Shown here piece by piece: positions 1-8,473 of a DNA stretch of 32,000 nucleotides (its first letter is position 1; each line of letters starts with the position of its first letter). The DNA comes from Dehalococcoidia bacterium (lineage in GTDB: Bacteria; Chloroflexota; Dehalococcoidia; UBA2979). Under the pieces are notes generated by a model. The model saw only the letters and a program-made list of their open reading frames with translations. It was not told where the DNA came from and searched no databases. The stretch covers positions 80,531 to 112,530 of the forward strand of contig CAXXXY010000006.1 of assembly GCA_963667515.2 (NCBI GenBank), given 5' to 3'. The position numbers were made by a program, and so were the translations under genes.

Positions 1-648
1 GACGACGCCGAGAGCGCGTGCATCGGCGCGGACGTGGTGCTGATCGCGGTCAAGCCGCAGGACTTCGAGGCGGCGGCGCAGGGGCTGCGTGGCGCGATCC
101 CCGCCTCGGCGGTGCTGATGTCGATCGCGGCGGGCATCCGCCTCGCCCAGGTGCAGCGCGACTCCGGCCACCGCGCCAGCGTGCGCGTGATGCCGAACCT
201 CCCCGCCGCGATCGGCGAAGGTGCCGCCGTCTACCACGCGGCGCCCGAGCTCTCGGCGGCGCAGCGCGAGACCGTGCAGCGCATGCTCTCCGCGGTCGCG
301 ACGGTGGTGGTGGAGGTCGACGACGACGACGCGGTCGACCTCGCCACGGCGGTGCACGGCTCCGGCCCCGCCTACATCTACATGGTGGTGGAGTCGATGA
401 TCGAGGCGGCCGTGCGCCTCGGGATGAAGCGGGCGGACGCGCAGCGGCTGGTGCTCGCCACCGTGGCGGGCTCGGCGCGCTACGCGCTGGGCACCGAGAC
501 GGCGCCGGCGGAGCTGCGCTACGCCGTCACCTCGCCCGGCGGCACGACCGCGGCGGCGATCGCCGAGCTGGAGGCGGCCGGCCTGCGCGCGGCCTTCGAC
601 GACGCGATCGAGGCGGCGTACGCGCGAGCCCAGGAGCTCGGGGAGTAG
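1..648 (+). CDS. proC: pyrroline-5-carboxylate reductase, C-terminal part (5' end outside window)
   Basis: Frame 1 is open from nt 1 to TAG 646-648. The translation (..VLIAVKPQDF..VRVMPNLPAAIGEGA..AVHGSGPAYIYMVVESMIEAAVRLGM..VTSPGGTTAAAIAELE..) carries conserved ProC motifs. Confidence 0.9.
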   Translation, partial: DDAESACIGADVVLIAVKPQDFEAAAQGLRGAIPASAVLMSIAAGIRLAQVQRDSGHRASVRVMPNLPAAIGEGAAVYHAAPELSAAQRETVQRMLSAVATVVVEVDDDDAVDLATAVHGSGPAYIYMVVESMIEAAVRLGMKRADAQRLVLATVAGSARYALGTETAPAELRYAVTSPGGTTAAAIAELEAAGLRAAFDDAIEAAYARAQELGE

Positions 649-650
649 CG

Positions 651-908
651 ATGGACTCGGTGGTTGAGCTCGTCGAGGTGCTCATCAAGGGCCTGATCTT
701 CGCCATCTTCCTCCGCGCGATCACGAGCTGGTTCCCCATCGATCGGAACGGCCCGCTCGTCCGCGCGCTCGACTCCGTCACCGAGCCCGTGCTCGGCCCG
801 CTGCGCCGCCTGATCCCGCGCATCGGCATGATCGACATCTCGCCGATGGTCGCGATCCTCGTGCTCTACGCCCTGCTCTGGGTGCTCCAGTCGGGCTCCG
901 TCTCCTAA
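651..908 (+). CDS. YggT-family small integral membrane protein
   Basis: ATG 651 lies 2 nt after the proC stop. 85 aa with hydrophobic helices and the YggT-like motif '..FLRAITSWFPIDRNGP..PLRRLIPRIGMIDISPMVAILVL'. proC-yggT adjacency is common at the distal dcw region. Confidence 0.85.
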   Translation: MDSVVELVEVLIKGLIFAIFLRAITSWFPIDRNGPLVRALDSVTEPVLGPLRRLIPRIGMIDISPMVAILVLYALLWVLQSGSVS

Positions 909-1158
909 CAGCGTTCCGCTGCACCTTGACGGCTGCCGCTCCTCGAAGAGAGCCGCGCGCCGGTCCCGTCCGCACGGCGTCGTTGCTTGGCCCTCGAGCC
1001 CGCCTCTCGACCGCCTGAGCATCCCCGACACCGCGAGCAGCAGCGGCAGCCCCTCGAGTCCAGTGGAACGCTGGCCCTCGAGCCCGCCTCTCGCCCGCCC
1101 GAGCATCCCCGACGCCGCGAGCCGCAGCGGCAGCCCCTCGAGTCCAGCGGAACGCTGG
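909..1158. repeat. Dispersed inverted-repeat element, locus 1 (one reverse arm plus two tandem 84-bp units carrying forward arms)
   Basis: Reverse arm 'CAGCGTTCCGCTG-CACCTTGAC-GGCTGCCGCTCC' at 909-942, directly after the yggT stop. Tandem 84-bp units at 989-1072 and 1073-1156 each end in the forward arm 'CAGCGGCAGCCCCTCGAGTCCAG(T/C)GGAACGCTG' (1041-1073, 1125-1157). Confidence 0.85.
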
Positions 1159-1252
1159 CGCTGGTGATGGGGGGCACAGTGCTCGGCGGCGCGCGGCGCG
1201 ATCGTGGATGGGCGCCTTCCACCCGAGCCGTTGCCGCGAAGGAGAGCCGCCG

Positions 1253-1827
1253 ATGGTGCAGGTCGTCGAGCAGATCCGGGTCGAGGCGCCGAGCGAGCGC
1301 GTGTGGGCGGTGCTCGCGGACCTCGGCGGCGTCGCCGAGTGGAACCCCACCGTCGACCACGCCGTCGCCACCTCGGAGGCGAGCGGCGGGCTGGGCGCGG
1401 CGCGATCTGCGCCGTCGGAGGCATGGGCACCGTCGAGGAGACGGTGGTGGCGTGGGACGAGGGTCGCGAGATGCTCTACGAGGTCGAGGGCGCGGCGATG
1501 ATGCGTCGGATGCGCGCCGGCTTCACGCTGGCGCCCGTCGAGGCGGGGGCCGCGACGCTCGTCACGATGCGCGGGGACTTCGCGATGCGCGGCGGGCCGC
1601 TGGGTGCGCTGATGGCGACGACGGTGGGCCGACGCAAGCTGCGCGGCACGATGCGCAGCGTGCTCGCCGGCCTGCGCGCGCACGTGCAACGTTACGTTGC
1701 ATCCGAGGGGCTGCCGCTCCTACGAGAGGGCCCGCCACCCGGTCGCCCGAATGCTCCCAACCGCCGAGCAGAAGCGGCAGCCACTCGAGTCCAGCGGAAC
1801 GCTGGGCGGAGCGCTGGCGTTGGTTAG
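1253..1827 (+). pseudogene. SRPBCC (START/polyketide-cyclase-like) family protein, frame-disrupted
   Basis: ATG 1253 follows the RBS 'GAAGGAGAG'. The N-terminus 'MVQVVEQIRVEAPSERVWAVLADLGGVAEWNPTV' is in frame 2. The family continuation 'ICAVGGMGTVEETVVAWDEGREMLYEVEG..FTLAPVEAG..TLVTMRGDF' is in frame 1, so there is a 1-nt shift near 1403-1406. The open frame then reads through repeat locus 2 to TAG 1825-1827. Confidence 0.7.
1686..1804. repeat. Dispersed inverted-repeat element, locus 2 (119 bp, one inverted arm pair)
   Basis: Reverse arm at 1686-1729: 'GCAACG-TTA-CGTTGC-ATCCGAGG-GGCTGCCGCTCC..'. Forward arm at 1768-1804: '..AGCGGCAGCCACTCGAGTCCAGCGGAACGCTG'. Confidence 0.85.
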
Positions 1828-2222
1828 CCGCTCGTGAGGGCGTCGGCGCCGGCCTGAGCCGCGAGCTCGTCGTTGGCGGCGGAGCTGCCGCCCGCGCCGA
1901 TCCCGCCCACGAGCTCGCCGCGCACGCGGATCGGCACGCCGCCCTGCGAGCGCACCAGCCGTCCGCCGTGCAGCTCGGCCGTCGCCAGCGCCACCTGCTC
2001 CGACACCTCGATCGCGCCGCTCGGCACGCCGAAGAGCGCAGCGGCGCGGGCCTTCCCCGTGGCCACGTCGGCGGCAAAGGCGCGCGTGCCGTCCATGCGT
2101 GCCGACGCCACCGTGTAGCCGCGATCGTCGACGACGGCGATGCCGAGCCGCGCGTCGAGATCGCGCGCCCGCTCGATCGCGGCGCGCAGCGCGCGCTCCG
2201 CCTGCTCGTAGCTCAGCGCCAT
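1824..2222 (-). CDS. GlcG/HbpS-like (DUF336) putative heme-binding protein
   Basis: 132 aa, ATG at 2222, TAA at 1824-1826. 'GIAVVDDRGYTVASARMDG..SQGGVPIRVRGELVGGIGAGGSSAANDELAAQAG' matches the GlcG/DUF336 pattern. Confidence 0.8.
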   Translation of the reverse strand: MALSYEQAERALRAAIERARDLDARLGIAVVDDRGYTVASARMDGTRAFAADVATGKARAAALFGVPSGAIEVSEQVALATAELHGGRLVRSQGGVPIRVRGELVGGIGAGGSSAANDELAAQAGADALTSG

Positions 2223-2376
2223 CGCGCCTCCCCTCGCCGCTCGCCGCTGCGCGCACGGTGCCAGCCGCGACGTGCCTCGTCCATGGCCCGCGCGCCCCGC
2301 AGCCAACGGCGAGGAATCCGAATCGCGCCGACGCTCGTTCACCCACTGCACCCACCCGCAGGGAGGGGATCCTTTT

Positions 2377-2942
2377 ATGGCAAGCGAAACACGGCGCCGC
2401 GCCGTCCGCTGGGGGCCGCGCTCTTCGTGGCGCTCGGACTCACGGCGATCCCGTTGACCGCGTTCGCGCAGCAGGGGGCGAGCGTCGACGTCGCGCTCGC
2501 GCGCTTCAGCGTGACGCCGAGCGTGCAGTCGGTCGCGCCGGGATCCGTCACGTTCGACGCCGCCGGCAACTTCCACCAGCTCACGGTGATCCGCACGGAC
2601 CTCCAGCCCGATGCGCTCCCCCAGTCGGGGGACGCTGTGGACCTGAGCGGCCTCGACGTGATCGGCGCGACGGATGTGCTGCGGGACGGCGCGACAGCGC
2701 AGGTGAGCGCGGACCTCGCAGCGGGCAGCTACGTCCTGATCTGCAACGTGCCCACCCACTACGCCCAGGGGATGCGGACCGCCTTCACGGTGTCCTCGCA
2801 GGTCACCCCGCCGGCCGCCGGGAACGCCGCCATCGCGTCGAGCGCGACGTCGGGCGGCAGCTCGACGGCGCTCGCGGCGCTGCTGCTCGCGGTCGCGGTC
2901 GGCGGGCGCGCGCTGACGTCGGCCAACGAGCGGCGAGCCTAG
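2377..2942 (+). CDS. Secreted/membrane-anchored cupredoxin (type-1 blue-copper) domain protein; apparent 1-nt frameshift just after the start
   Basis: ATG 2377 has a good RBS (GGGAGGGGA, 7-nt spacer) and gives 'MASETRRRAV' in frame 1. The signal peptide and domain ('LGAALFVALGLTAIPLTAFAQQ..GNFHQLTV..YVLICNVPTHYAQGM..') are in frame 3, which has no start codon of its own. His..Cys-x4-His-x4-Met copper ligands and a C-terminal hydrophobic anchor are present. Confidence 0.7.
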
Positions 2943-2993
2943 CTCGCGCCGAGCGCGGGCACCGCGGGTGAGGAGGCGCGGTCGCGGGCAGCG

Positions 2994-4060
2994 ATGACCG
3001 CGGGACTCCTCTCGGGGGCGATCGCGGCGGGGGCGGCAGCTCTGCTGTCGCCGCCGCTGCACGCGCCCAACGACACGCTCTTCAACACCGCCTCGATCAC
3101 GCTCGGCGCACTGGCGGCGGGCGTCGCCGCCGGTGCCCTGTGGTCCGCGCTGGCGCCGAGGCCGGATCGCGCGCGACTCTTCGGCGGAGCATGGGCGCTG
3201 ATTCTGCTGGCGACGCTCGTCGCGCTCGCGGTCGGCGACGGGCAGCTGGAGCGGCTGCTCGCCTTCGGCGCGCCGCTGGCGGCGCTGATCCTCGGCGTCA
3301 CCGGCGTGCTGACGCCATTGCTCGACGGCGCGCGGCTGCCGCGGCTGTGGCCCGGCGCCGCCGCCGCGCCCGTCGCGCTCACCGTCGGCGTCGCGGTGGC
3401 AGCGCGAGGGCGACGCCGACGGCGACGCCGGCTGCCGCGACACCGGCCGCCACCGCGTCGGCGGCGGCGGCGGCGACACCGACGCCCGCGCCGACGCCCG
3501 CGGTCGGCGTGCCGCCGTTCGTGGTGCCCGCGCAGCTCGAAGGCGTCAGCTTCACCGTCGGCGAGGGCTCGGAGGCGACCTTCTCCGTCACGGAGCAGCT
3601 CGCGGTCCTGCCGCTGCCCAACGAGGCGGTGGTACGGACGAGCGGGCTGGGCGGAGCGATCCACCTCGACGGGCGGCCCACCGTCATCACGATCGATCTG
3701 CGCGCGCTCGCGAGCGACCAGTCGCGGCGCGACCGCTACATCCGCAACACCATGTTCCCGGACCACGAGACCGCCACGCTCACCGTCGAGGGGATCGGCG
3801 CGCTCCCCGAGCGCTACGACGGGGAGGTGCTGGAGCGCGAAGTGACGGGCCTGCTCAGCATCCGCGGCGTCGAGGCTGCAGTGCCGCTCGCCCTGGAAAC
3901 GCGGCTGGACGGCGACATGCTCTTCGTGCTCGGGCGCGGCACCTTCACCTGGCAGCAGCTGGAGATCGAGCCGCCGAGCAGCGCCGCCGCGGTCTCCGTG
4001 GAGGACGAGGTGCGCGTGGAGGTGCTGCTCGCCGCGCGCGCCGACCTCGACGACGGCTAG
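2994..4060 (+). pseudogene. Polytopic membrane domain + Ala/Pro/Thr linker + YceI-like domain protein, frame-disrupted
   Basis: ATG 2994 opens about 135 aa of TM helices in frame 3. The linker 'ATPTATPAAATPAATAS..' and the YceI domain ('FTVGEGSEATFSVTEQL..IDLRALASDQSRRDRYIRNTMFPDHETATLTV..') are in frame 2, which has no plausible start. The shift is near 3400-3407. TAG at 4058-4060. Confidence 0.65.
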
Positions 4061-4553
4061 CCGGCCATCGTCCGACTCGCCCGCACCAGCGCCCCCTCAA
4101 CTCGCCGCACGCGCGACCGACGATCGGGGGGAGACCCCCCGCACCGCCCTCGCGGGTACGGCGCGTCGGGGCTCATCGACAAGGGCAAACCCGTCGAAAG
4201 GCGGGGGCGCAAAGGCACGGGCCTACACCCCCGCGGGGGGCACGGTCGCCGGCCTGCCGAAGGAGCCGCGCGTGCCCCGGTCACCGCTCCGCGCTCGCGC
4301 GAGGTCGCTCCCGCCGCCCGCCTTCGAGCTGCCCGCTCACGCGGTCCGCGCGCCGGCCCCGGAGCCGCGGCGCGCCCTCGCACGCCCGCGACACGACGCG
4401 CTCCCGACCGGCTCGCCCCCGCGGCAGCGAGGCTAGCCGCCGCGGCACAGACGCTCGAGAGAGGGTGGGCTGGGCCCGGACCGCGCCGACACTCAGGTGC
4501 GCGCGGCCGGGCCTCACGGCCTCCTTCAGACGTCCGTGCTCGCGCGTCTCTGC

Positions 4554-4841
4554 TCAGGCGTCACCGCGGATCACCTCCTCGCGCGGCGGGCTGTAGATGC
4601 CGAGGTAGGTCACGGGCGTCAGCGCCTCCATCTGGTGACGCACGCCCGGCGGGATGCGCGCCACGGTGCCCGGCCCCGCCTCCCGCGTCTCGCCGCCGAC
4701 GGTGAAGCGCGCGCGCCCCGCCAGCAGGTGCACGAGCTGCTCCTGCGGATGCGCGTGATCCTGGCTCGTCCCCGCCTCGCGCTCCACGTGCACGAGCATC
4801 ACGTTCTCGCCCACCACCAGCCGCCGGCGCCGACCCGGCAT
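4554..4841 (-). CDS. Cupin-domain protein (start uncertain)
   Basis: '..GENVMLVHVEREAGTSQDHAHPQEQLVHLLAGRARFTVGGE..PGTVARIPPGVRHQ' is a cupin_2 pattern. The frame stays open upstream to beyond 5048 and encodes cupin-like 'YFHDLAEVGAQE', but it has no ATG/GTG/TTG, so the true N-terminus is unclear. Confidence 0.7.
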   Translation of the reverse strand: MPGRRRRLVVGENVMLVHVEREAGTSQDHAHPQEQLVHLLAGRARFTVGGETREAGPGTVARIPPGVRHQMEALTPVTYLGIYSPPREEVIRGDA

Positions 4842-5049
4842 CTCCTGCGCACCGACCTCGGCCAGGTCGTGGAAGTAGCCGCTCCCCTCGCGCCTCCGAT
4901 CCTCGAACGCCTCGTCGCCGCGCCCACCCGGGCTCGGCGCGCCGACGATACCGCGGCGGCGGCGCGGCGCACCTCGGCGCGCGGATGCGGCGTCGAGGCG
5001 TTCGAGGGCGGGGCGATCGAGCGCGCGGCGGTCGAGGGGCAGTGCTAGC

Positions 5050-6099
5050 TGTACTACCCAGGAAGGTTGTTCACAGGCGGGAGGCGGGGACGGCCCCGCC
5101 GACGCCGCCGTGCGGTCGGCGGTGATTGTAGCGGTAGAGCCAGCGTGGGAGCTGGCGCAGCCGCTCGGCGTTGGAGCGGTAGGGGCGGGCGTAGGCCCAC
5201 TCGTTCTGCAGGATCTGGATGAAACGCTCGGCTTTGCCGTTCGTCTGCGGGCGGTAGGGCCGCGTGTGCGACAGCCGCACGTCTGCGGCAGCGGCGGCGC
5301 CGTGGAAGCTGCGGGCGACGGTGTAGGCCTTCGCGTTGTCGGTCAGGACCCGGCGCACGCGCACGCCACGCCGGCGGAAGGCCGCGAGCGCCTGCTCGAG
5401 GAAGGCGGCGCAGCTCGCGCCACGCTCGTCGGGCAGGACGGAGACGTAGGCGTAACGGCTGTGGTCGTCGACGGCGACGTGTAGGTACTCCAGCCCCAGC
5501 GAACGCCGCGAATGCGGCCCGGAGCGCGTCTCGGCGAAGCCAGACGCCATTCGCTTGCCGCCGCCCTCGGGGACGCGCCCGAGCTTCTTCACGTCGAGAT
5601 GCAGCAGGTCGCCGGGGGCGTCGTGCTCGTAGCGGACCGGCTCCCGGGTGACGCGGTGCAGGCAGTCGAGCCGGTTGAGGCCGCGGCGCCGCAGCACGGC
5701 GTAGACCGTGGAGCGGGCGACCCCGAGCGCCCACTGGATGCGATGCGGCCCGAATCCCTGCGTGCGTCGCACGGCGCAGATGCGTCGCTCCAGCTCGGGC
5801 GGCGTGCGCCGAGGATGCGCGCGCGGGGCGGAGCTGCGGTCCTCGAGCCCTGCCGCTCCCTCCGCCCGGAAGCGCCCCAGCCACTTGGCAACGGTGTGGC
5901 GGGAGACGCGGAAGTGGCGAGCGACCTCAGCCTGGGGCCAGCCGGCGTCCACTTCCCGCACGAGCTCGAGTCGGGTCAGCGGCGTCAGCCGCGCGTTACG
6001 ATGGGCCATGAGGGTGTCCTCTCCTCGCTACTGCCGTGCTGTCACACACAGCAGCGGGCGAGGCCCCTCATCCTGTCAACAACCTACGTGGGAACTACA
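5050..6099 (-). mobile_element. IS481-family insertion sequence, copy 1 (1050 bp)
   Basis: Imperfect 28-bp terminal inverted repeats: left TGTACTACCCAGGAAGGTTGTTCACAGG, right (reverse complement) TGTAGTTCCCACGTAGGTTGTTGACAGG. Flanked by a perfect direct repeat GCTAGC (5044-5049 and 6100-6105). Single DDE transposase ORF. Confidence 0.9.
5071..6009 (-). CDS. IS481-family DDE transposase
   Basis: 312 aa. N-terminal HTH ('MAHRNARLTPLTRLELVREV..'), then integrase-like core 'LLHLDVKKLG..', 'VLTDNAKAY..', 'YRPQTNGKAERF', typical of IS481/IS3-like transposases. Confidence 0.92.
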   Translation of the reverse strand: MAHRNARLTPLTRLELVREVDAGWPQAEVARHFRVSRHTVAKWLGRFRAEGAAGLEDRSSAPRAHPRRTPPELERRICAVRRTQGFGPHRIQWALGVARSTVYAVLRRRGLNRLDCLHRVTREPVRYEHDAPGDLLHLDVKKLGRVPEGGGKRMASGFAETRSGPHSRRSLGLEYLHVAVDDHSRYAYVSVLPDERGASCAAFLEQALAAFRRRGVRVRRVLTDNAKAYTVARSFHGAAAAADVRLSHTRPYRPQTNGKAERFIQILQNEWAYARPYRSNAERLRQLPRWLYRYNHRRPHGGVGGAVPASRL

Positions 6100-6100
6100 G

Positions 6101-7147
6101 CTAGCCGGCGGCGACGGGCTCGCTCGCGGCGGCCGCGCCCGCAGCGACCATCCGGCGGCGGATCGCCGGCGCCAGCGAGTCTGCGAGCGCGCGGTGGCCC
6201 GCGGCGGTGGGGTGCACGTCGACGGGGAAGCGGAAGCCGCGCCGCGTGGCACGCGGATAGCGCAGCAGGTCGGGCAGCGGGTCGTGCACGGCGAGGGCGG
6301 GCGGGCGCTCCAGCTCCGCGAAGCGCGCGCGGTAGCCGGAAGGCGAGGCGACCTCGTCCATGTGCTGCGCGAGCAGCAGCGGCACCACCAGCAGCGGCGC
6401 GCTCGACTCGGCGGCCCAGCGCTCGAGGATCGCTCGCATCAGCAGCCACGACGGCTCGTCGGCGCGCTGGTACTGCCAGTCGGGGTAGGCGCCCGTGACG
6501 CGCCTCGCCAGCCGCGACGCGCGCGGCCCCAGCCGGTAGACGAGGTCGCGCAGACGGCCGCGAGACGGCGCGCCCGAGGGGTACGGCGCGTCGCCCGCCG
6601 CCAGCGAGGCCGGGTCGATCGGGTCAGCCGGCACCGGCACCTGGCGCAGCGCCAGCGACCCATCGTCCTCGCGGGTGAAGTAGGGACGCGCGAAGAGGCG
6701 GTAGCCCGTCTCCGTGGGCGCCGCGAACTTCATCGTGCTGGCCACGATGCGCGCGATGTTCTCGACCCAGATCGCGACGACCACGAGATCGTGCTCGATC
6801 CCCCGCGCCAGCTCGCGGTAGGCGAGGTACTGCTGATCGGTGCCGCTGCCCGAGATGCCGAAGTTGTAGACCTCGAGGCCCGGCGTGCCGGCCTCCAGGA
6901 CGTCGCCGTCGCGCTTCGCGTTGCTGACGCCGTCGCCCACCGTGAAGGAGTCGCCGAAGAGCAGCACGCGGTAGGTCCCCGGCGCCTTCTCGGCTGTGTA
7001 CTCGCGGTCGGAGCGCAGCCCCATCGCGTTGGCGCACAGCAGGTAGCCGCCGCCCTCGTGGGGGGCGCGCGTGCGCAGACCGGGCGCGAAGGTGTGCCCG
7101 ATGACGGGGTGATAGCGGAAGTGGTCGCGCGTGCCGAGGCTCGCCAT
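6101..7147 (-). CDS. SGNH/GDSL-family hydrolase
   Basis: 348 aa. ATG at 7147 with RBS GGAGGA. 'VLLFGDSFTVGDG' (block I), 'NFGISGSGTDQ' (block II), 'DVHPTAAGH' (block V). The TAG stop (6101-6103) lies inside the IS target duplication. Confidence 0.8.
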   Translation of the reverse strand: MASLGTRDHFRYHPVIGHTFAPGLRTRAPHEGGGYLLCANAMGLRSDREYTAEKAPGTYRVLLFGDSFTVGDGVSNAKRDGDVLEAGTPGLEVYNFGISGSGTDQQYLAYRELARGIEHDLVVVAIWVENIARIVASTMKFAAPTETGYRLFARPYFTREDDGSLALRQVPVPADPIDPASLAAGDAPYPSGAPSRGRLRDLVYRLGPRASRLARRVTGAYPDWQYQRADEPSWLLMRAILERWAAESSAPLLVVPLLLAQHMDEVASPSGYRARFAELERPPALAVHDPLPDLLRYPRATRRGFRFPVDVHPTAAGHRALADSLAPAIRRRMVAAGAAAASEPVAAG

Positions 7148-7361
7148 GCGTCCTCCGTCGCTCCGGGCGGTGGTCGGGCCGCCAGGAAGAGACGGTCGCA
7201 GCCGCGGGTGGACGCCCCGTGGAGGAGGTGTCGGGCGCCCGCCGGGCGCGAGGTCCTCGCAAGCGCTCACTCTTGGCTCGACCGCGACGGTCGATGATTT
7301 CGGCGTCCTCCCTCGCGATGTGCGCGCCGGGTGGGATGCTGGATCGGAACGGTTGCGGAGC

Positions 7362-8405
7362 ATGCCGGTGAGCACCATGCCCCCGCCGCGCATCTCGGTC
7401 GGCGTCCCCGTATACAACGGCGAGCGCTTCCTCCCCGAGACGCTCGACTCGCTGCTGGCGCAGACCGAGAGCGACTTCGAGATCCTGCTGTGCGACAACG
7501 GCTCCACCGACGGCACCGAGGCGATCGGCCGCGACTACGCCGCGCGCGACCCGCGCGTGCGCTACGAGCGCACCCCGCAGAACCGCGGCGCCGCGTTCAA
7601 CTTCAACCGCACGCTCGAGCTGGCGAGCGCGCCCTACTTCAAGTGGGCCGCCGCCGATGACGTGTGCGCGCCACGCTTCCTCGAGCGCTGCCTCGCCGCG
7701 CTCGAGGAAGACCACGGCGTCGTGCTCGCCTACCCGCTGACCGCGATGATCGACGAGGACGGCGCACTGATCGATCAGCCGGGCGACGTGGCGCGCGTCG
7801 GCGAGTGGCCCACCGACGTGCGGCGCCGCACGCAGACGATCATCGGCGCCGTCTTCCGCGACGGGCGCGCCGCCGCCACCACCGTCCACGGCCTAGTCCG
7901 CACCGACGCGGTGCGCCGCGCCCGCCCCTTCGGCGCCTACTTCGGATCGGACTTCGCGCTGGTCACGGAGCTCGCCCTCATCGGCCGCATCGCCGAGGTG
8001 CCGGAGCTGCTGGCGTTCTTCCGCCGGCACCCCGACTCCTCCTCCGGCTACGCGCGGCGCCCCTCGGCGAAGGCGATGGAGTCATTCTTCCACGCCGGCT
8101 CTGGGAGCGTGCTGCGCGGCCAGCTGGCGCTGCGGCGCCGCTACGTGGAGGTGCCGCGCGCGATCCTGCGCTCTCGCGAGCCGCTGGCGCGCCGCCTCCT
8201 GCTCGTCGGGTGGACGCTGCAGCAGGTGACCCGCCGCGCCGCGTGGCGCGTCGGCTGGGAGCTGCGCGGCCTGCGGCGCGGCGCGAGCGAGCAGGCGCAC
8301 GCCGTCGAGCTCGAGCACCCGCACTGGTCGGAGCTCTGCGGCGCCGAGGCGCACTCCGTCGGCGCCGCCGACGGCTGGCGGACGCTCGCGCCGATCGAGG
8401 GCTAG
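7362..8405 (+). CDS. Family-2 glycosyltransferase
   Basis: 'ISVGVPVYNGERFLPETLDSLLAQTESDFEILLCDNGSTDGT..' is a GT2 N-terminal signature. Alternative start at ATG 7377. Divergent from the SGNH gene. Confidence 0.8.
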   Translation: MPVSTMPPPRISVGVPVYNGERFLPETLDSLLAQTESDFEILLCDNGSTDGTEAIGRDYAARDPRVRYERTPQNRGAAFNFNRTLELASAPYFKWAAADDVCAPRFLERCLAALEEDHGVVLAYPLTAMIDEDGALIDQPGDVARVGEWPTDVRRRTQTIIGAVFRDGRAAATTVHGLVRTDAVRRARPFGAYFGSDFALVTELALIGRIAEVPELLAFFRRHPDSSSGYARRPSAKAMESFFHAGSGSVLRGQLALRRRYVEVPRAILRSREPLARRLLLVGWTLQQVTRRAAWRVGWELRGLRRGASEQAHAVELEHPHWSELCGAEAHSVGAADGWRTLAPIEG

Positions 8406-8408
8406 CTC

Positions 8409-8473
8409 ACGCAGCTCACTCGCCGCAGCTCAGCCCTCAGCGCGCACCCCCCGCAGCTCACCCCCGCAGCTCA
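8409..8473. repeat. Short iterated motif CGCAGCTCA (4 copies), last two as 13-bp tandem CCCCCGCAGCTCA
   Basis: GCAGCTCA at 8411-8418, 8425-8432, 8453-8460 and 8466-8473, between the convergent GT2 and flavin-reductase stops. The last copy overlaps the TGA of the latter. Confidence 0.6.

Noticed and set aside
909-1158. Possible CRISPR array (repeated about 33-nt palindromic units), also considered at 22393-22647.
   Set aside because: Units occur in both orientations as inverted pairs. The sequences between them are themselves duplicated (84-bp and 25-bp tandems), not unique constant-length spacers. No cas genes are present.
987-2942. 651-aa ORF in the supplied track, and similar long ORFs (e.g. 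1824-3479 minus, 5708-7297, 6624-7889 minus, 9586-11007, 18442-19773 minus, 22681-24213 minus, 22722-24248).
   Set aside because: They are Arg/Ala/Pro/Gly-rich, low-complexity translations lying antisense or out of frame to genes with clear family signatures. This is typical of shadow ORFs in very GC-rich DNA. Only sub-segments that coincide with recognisable proteins were used.
4237-4278. SRP (4.5S) RNA-like 'GCCGAAGGAGCCGCG' hairpin; the same gap was also screened by eye for RNase P, tmRNA and common riboswitch cores.
   Set aside because: The conserved SRP helix-8 sequence (GGAAGCAGC with its symmetric loop partner) is not present. The RNase P (GAGGAAAGUCCGGGC) and tmRNA terminal motifs are also absent.
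4842-5049. Idea that IS481 copy 1 truncated the 5' end of the cupin gene, whose open frame runs up to the IS boundary without a start codon.
   Set aside because: Removing the IS and one GCTAGC copy reconstructs an intact junction. In it the SGNH gene simply ends at TAG about 200 nt upstream of the cupin ATG. The insertion is therefore intergenic, at a stop codon, and not within the cupin gene.
5054-5884. 276-aa ORF overlapping the transposase in another frame (also 24254-25084).
   Set aside because: It lies entirely within the transposase gene, has Arg/Ala/Pro-rich composition and no family resemblance. It is a shadow frame.
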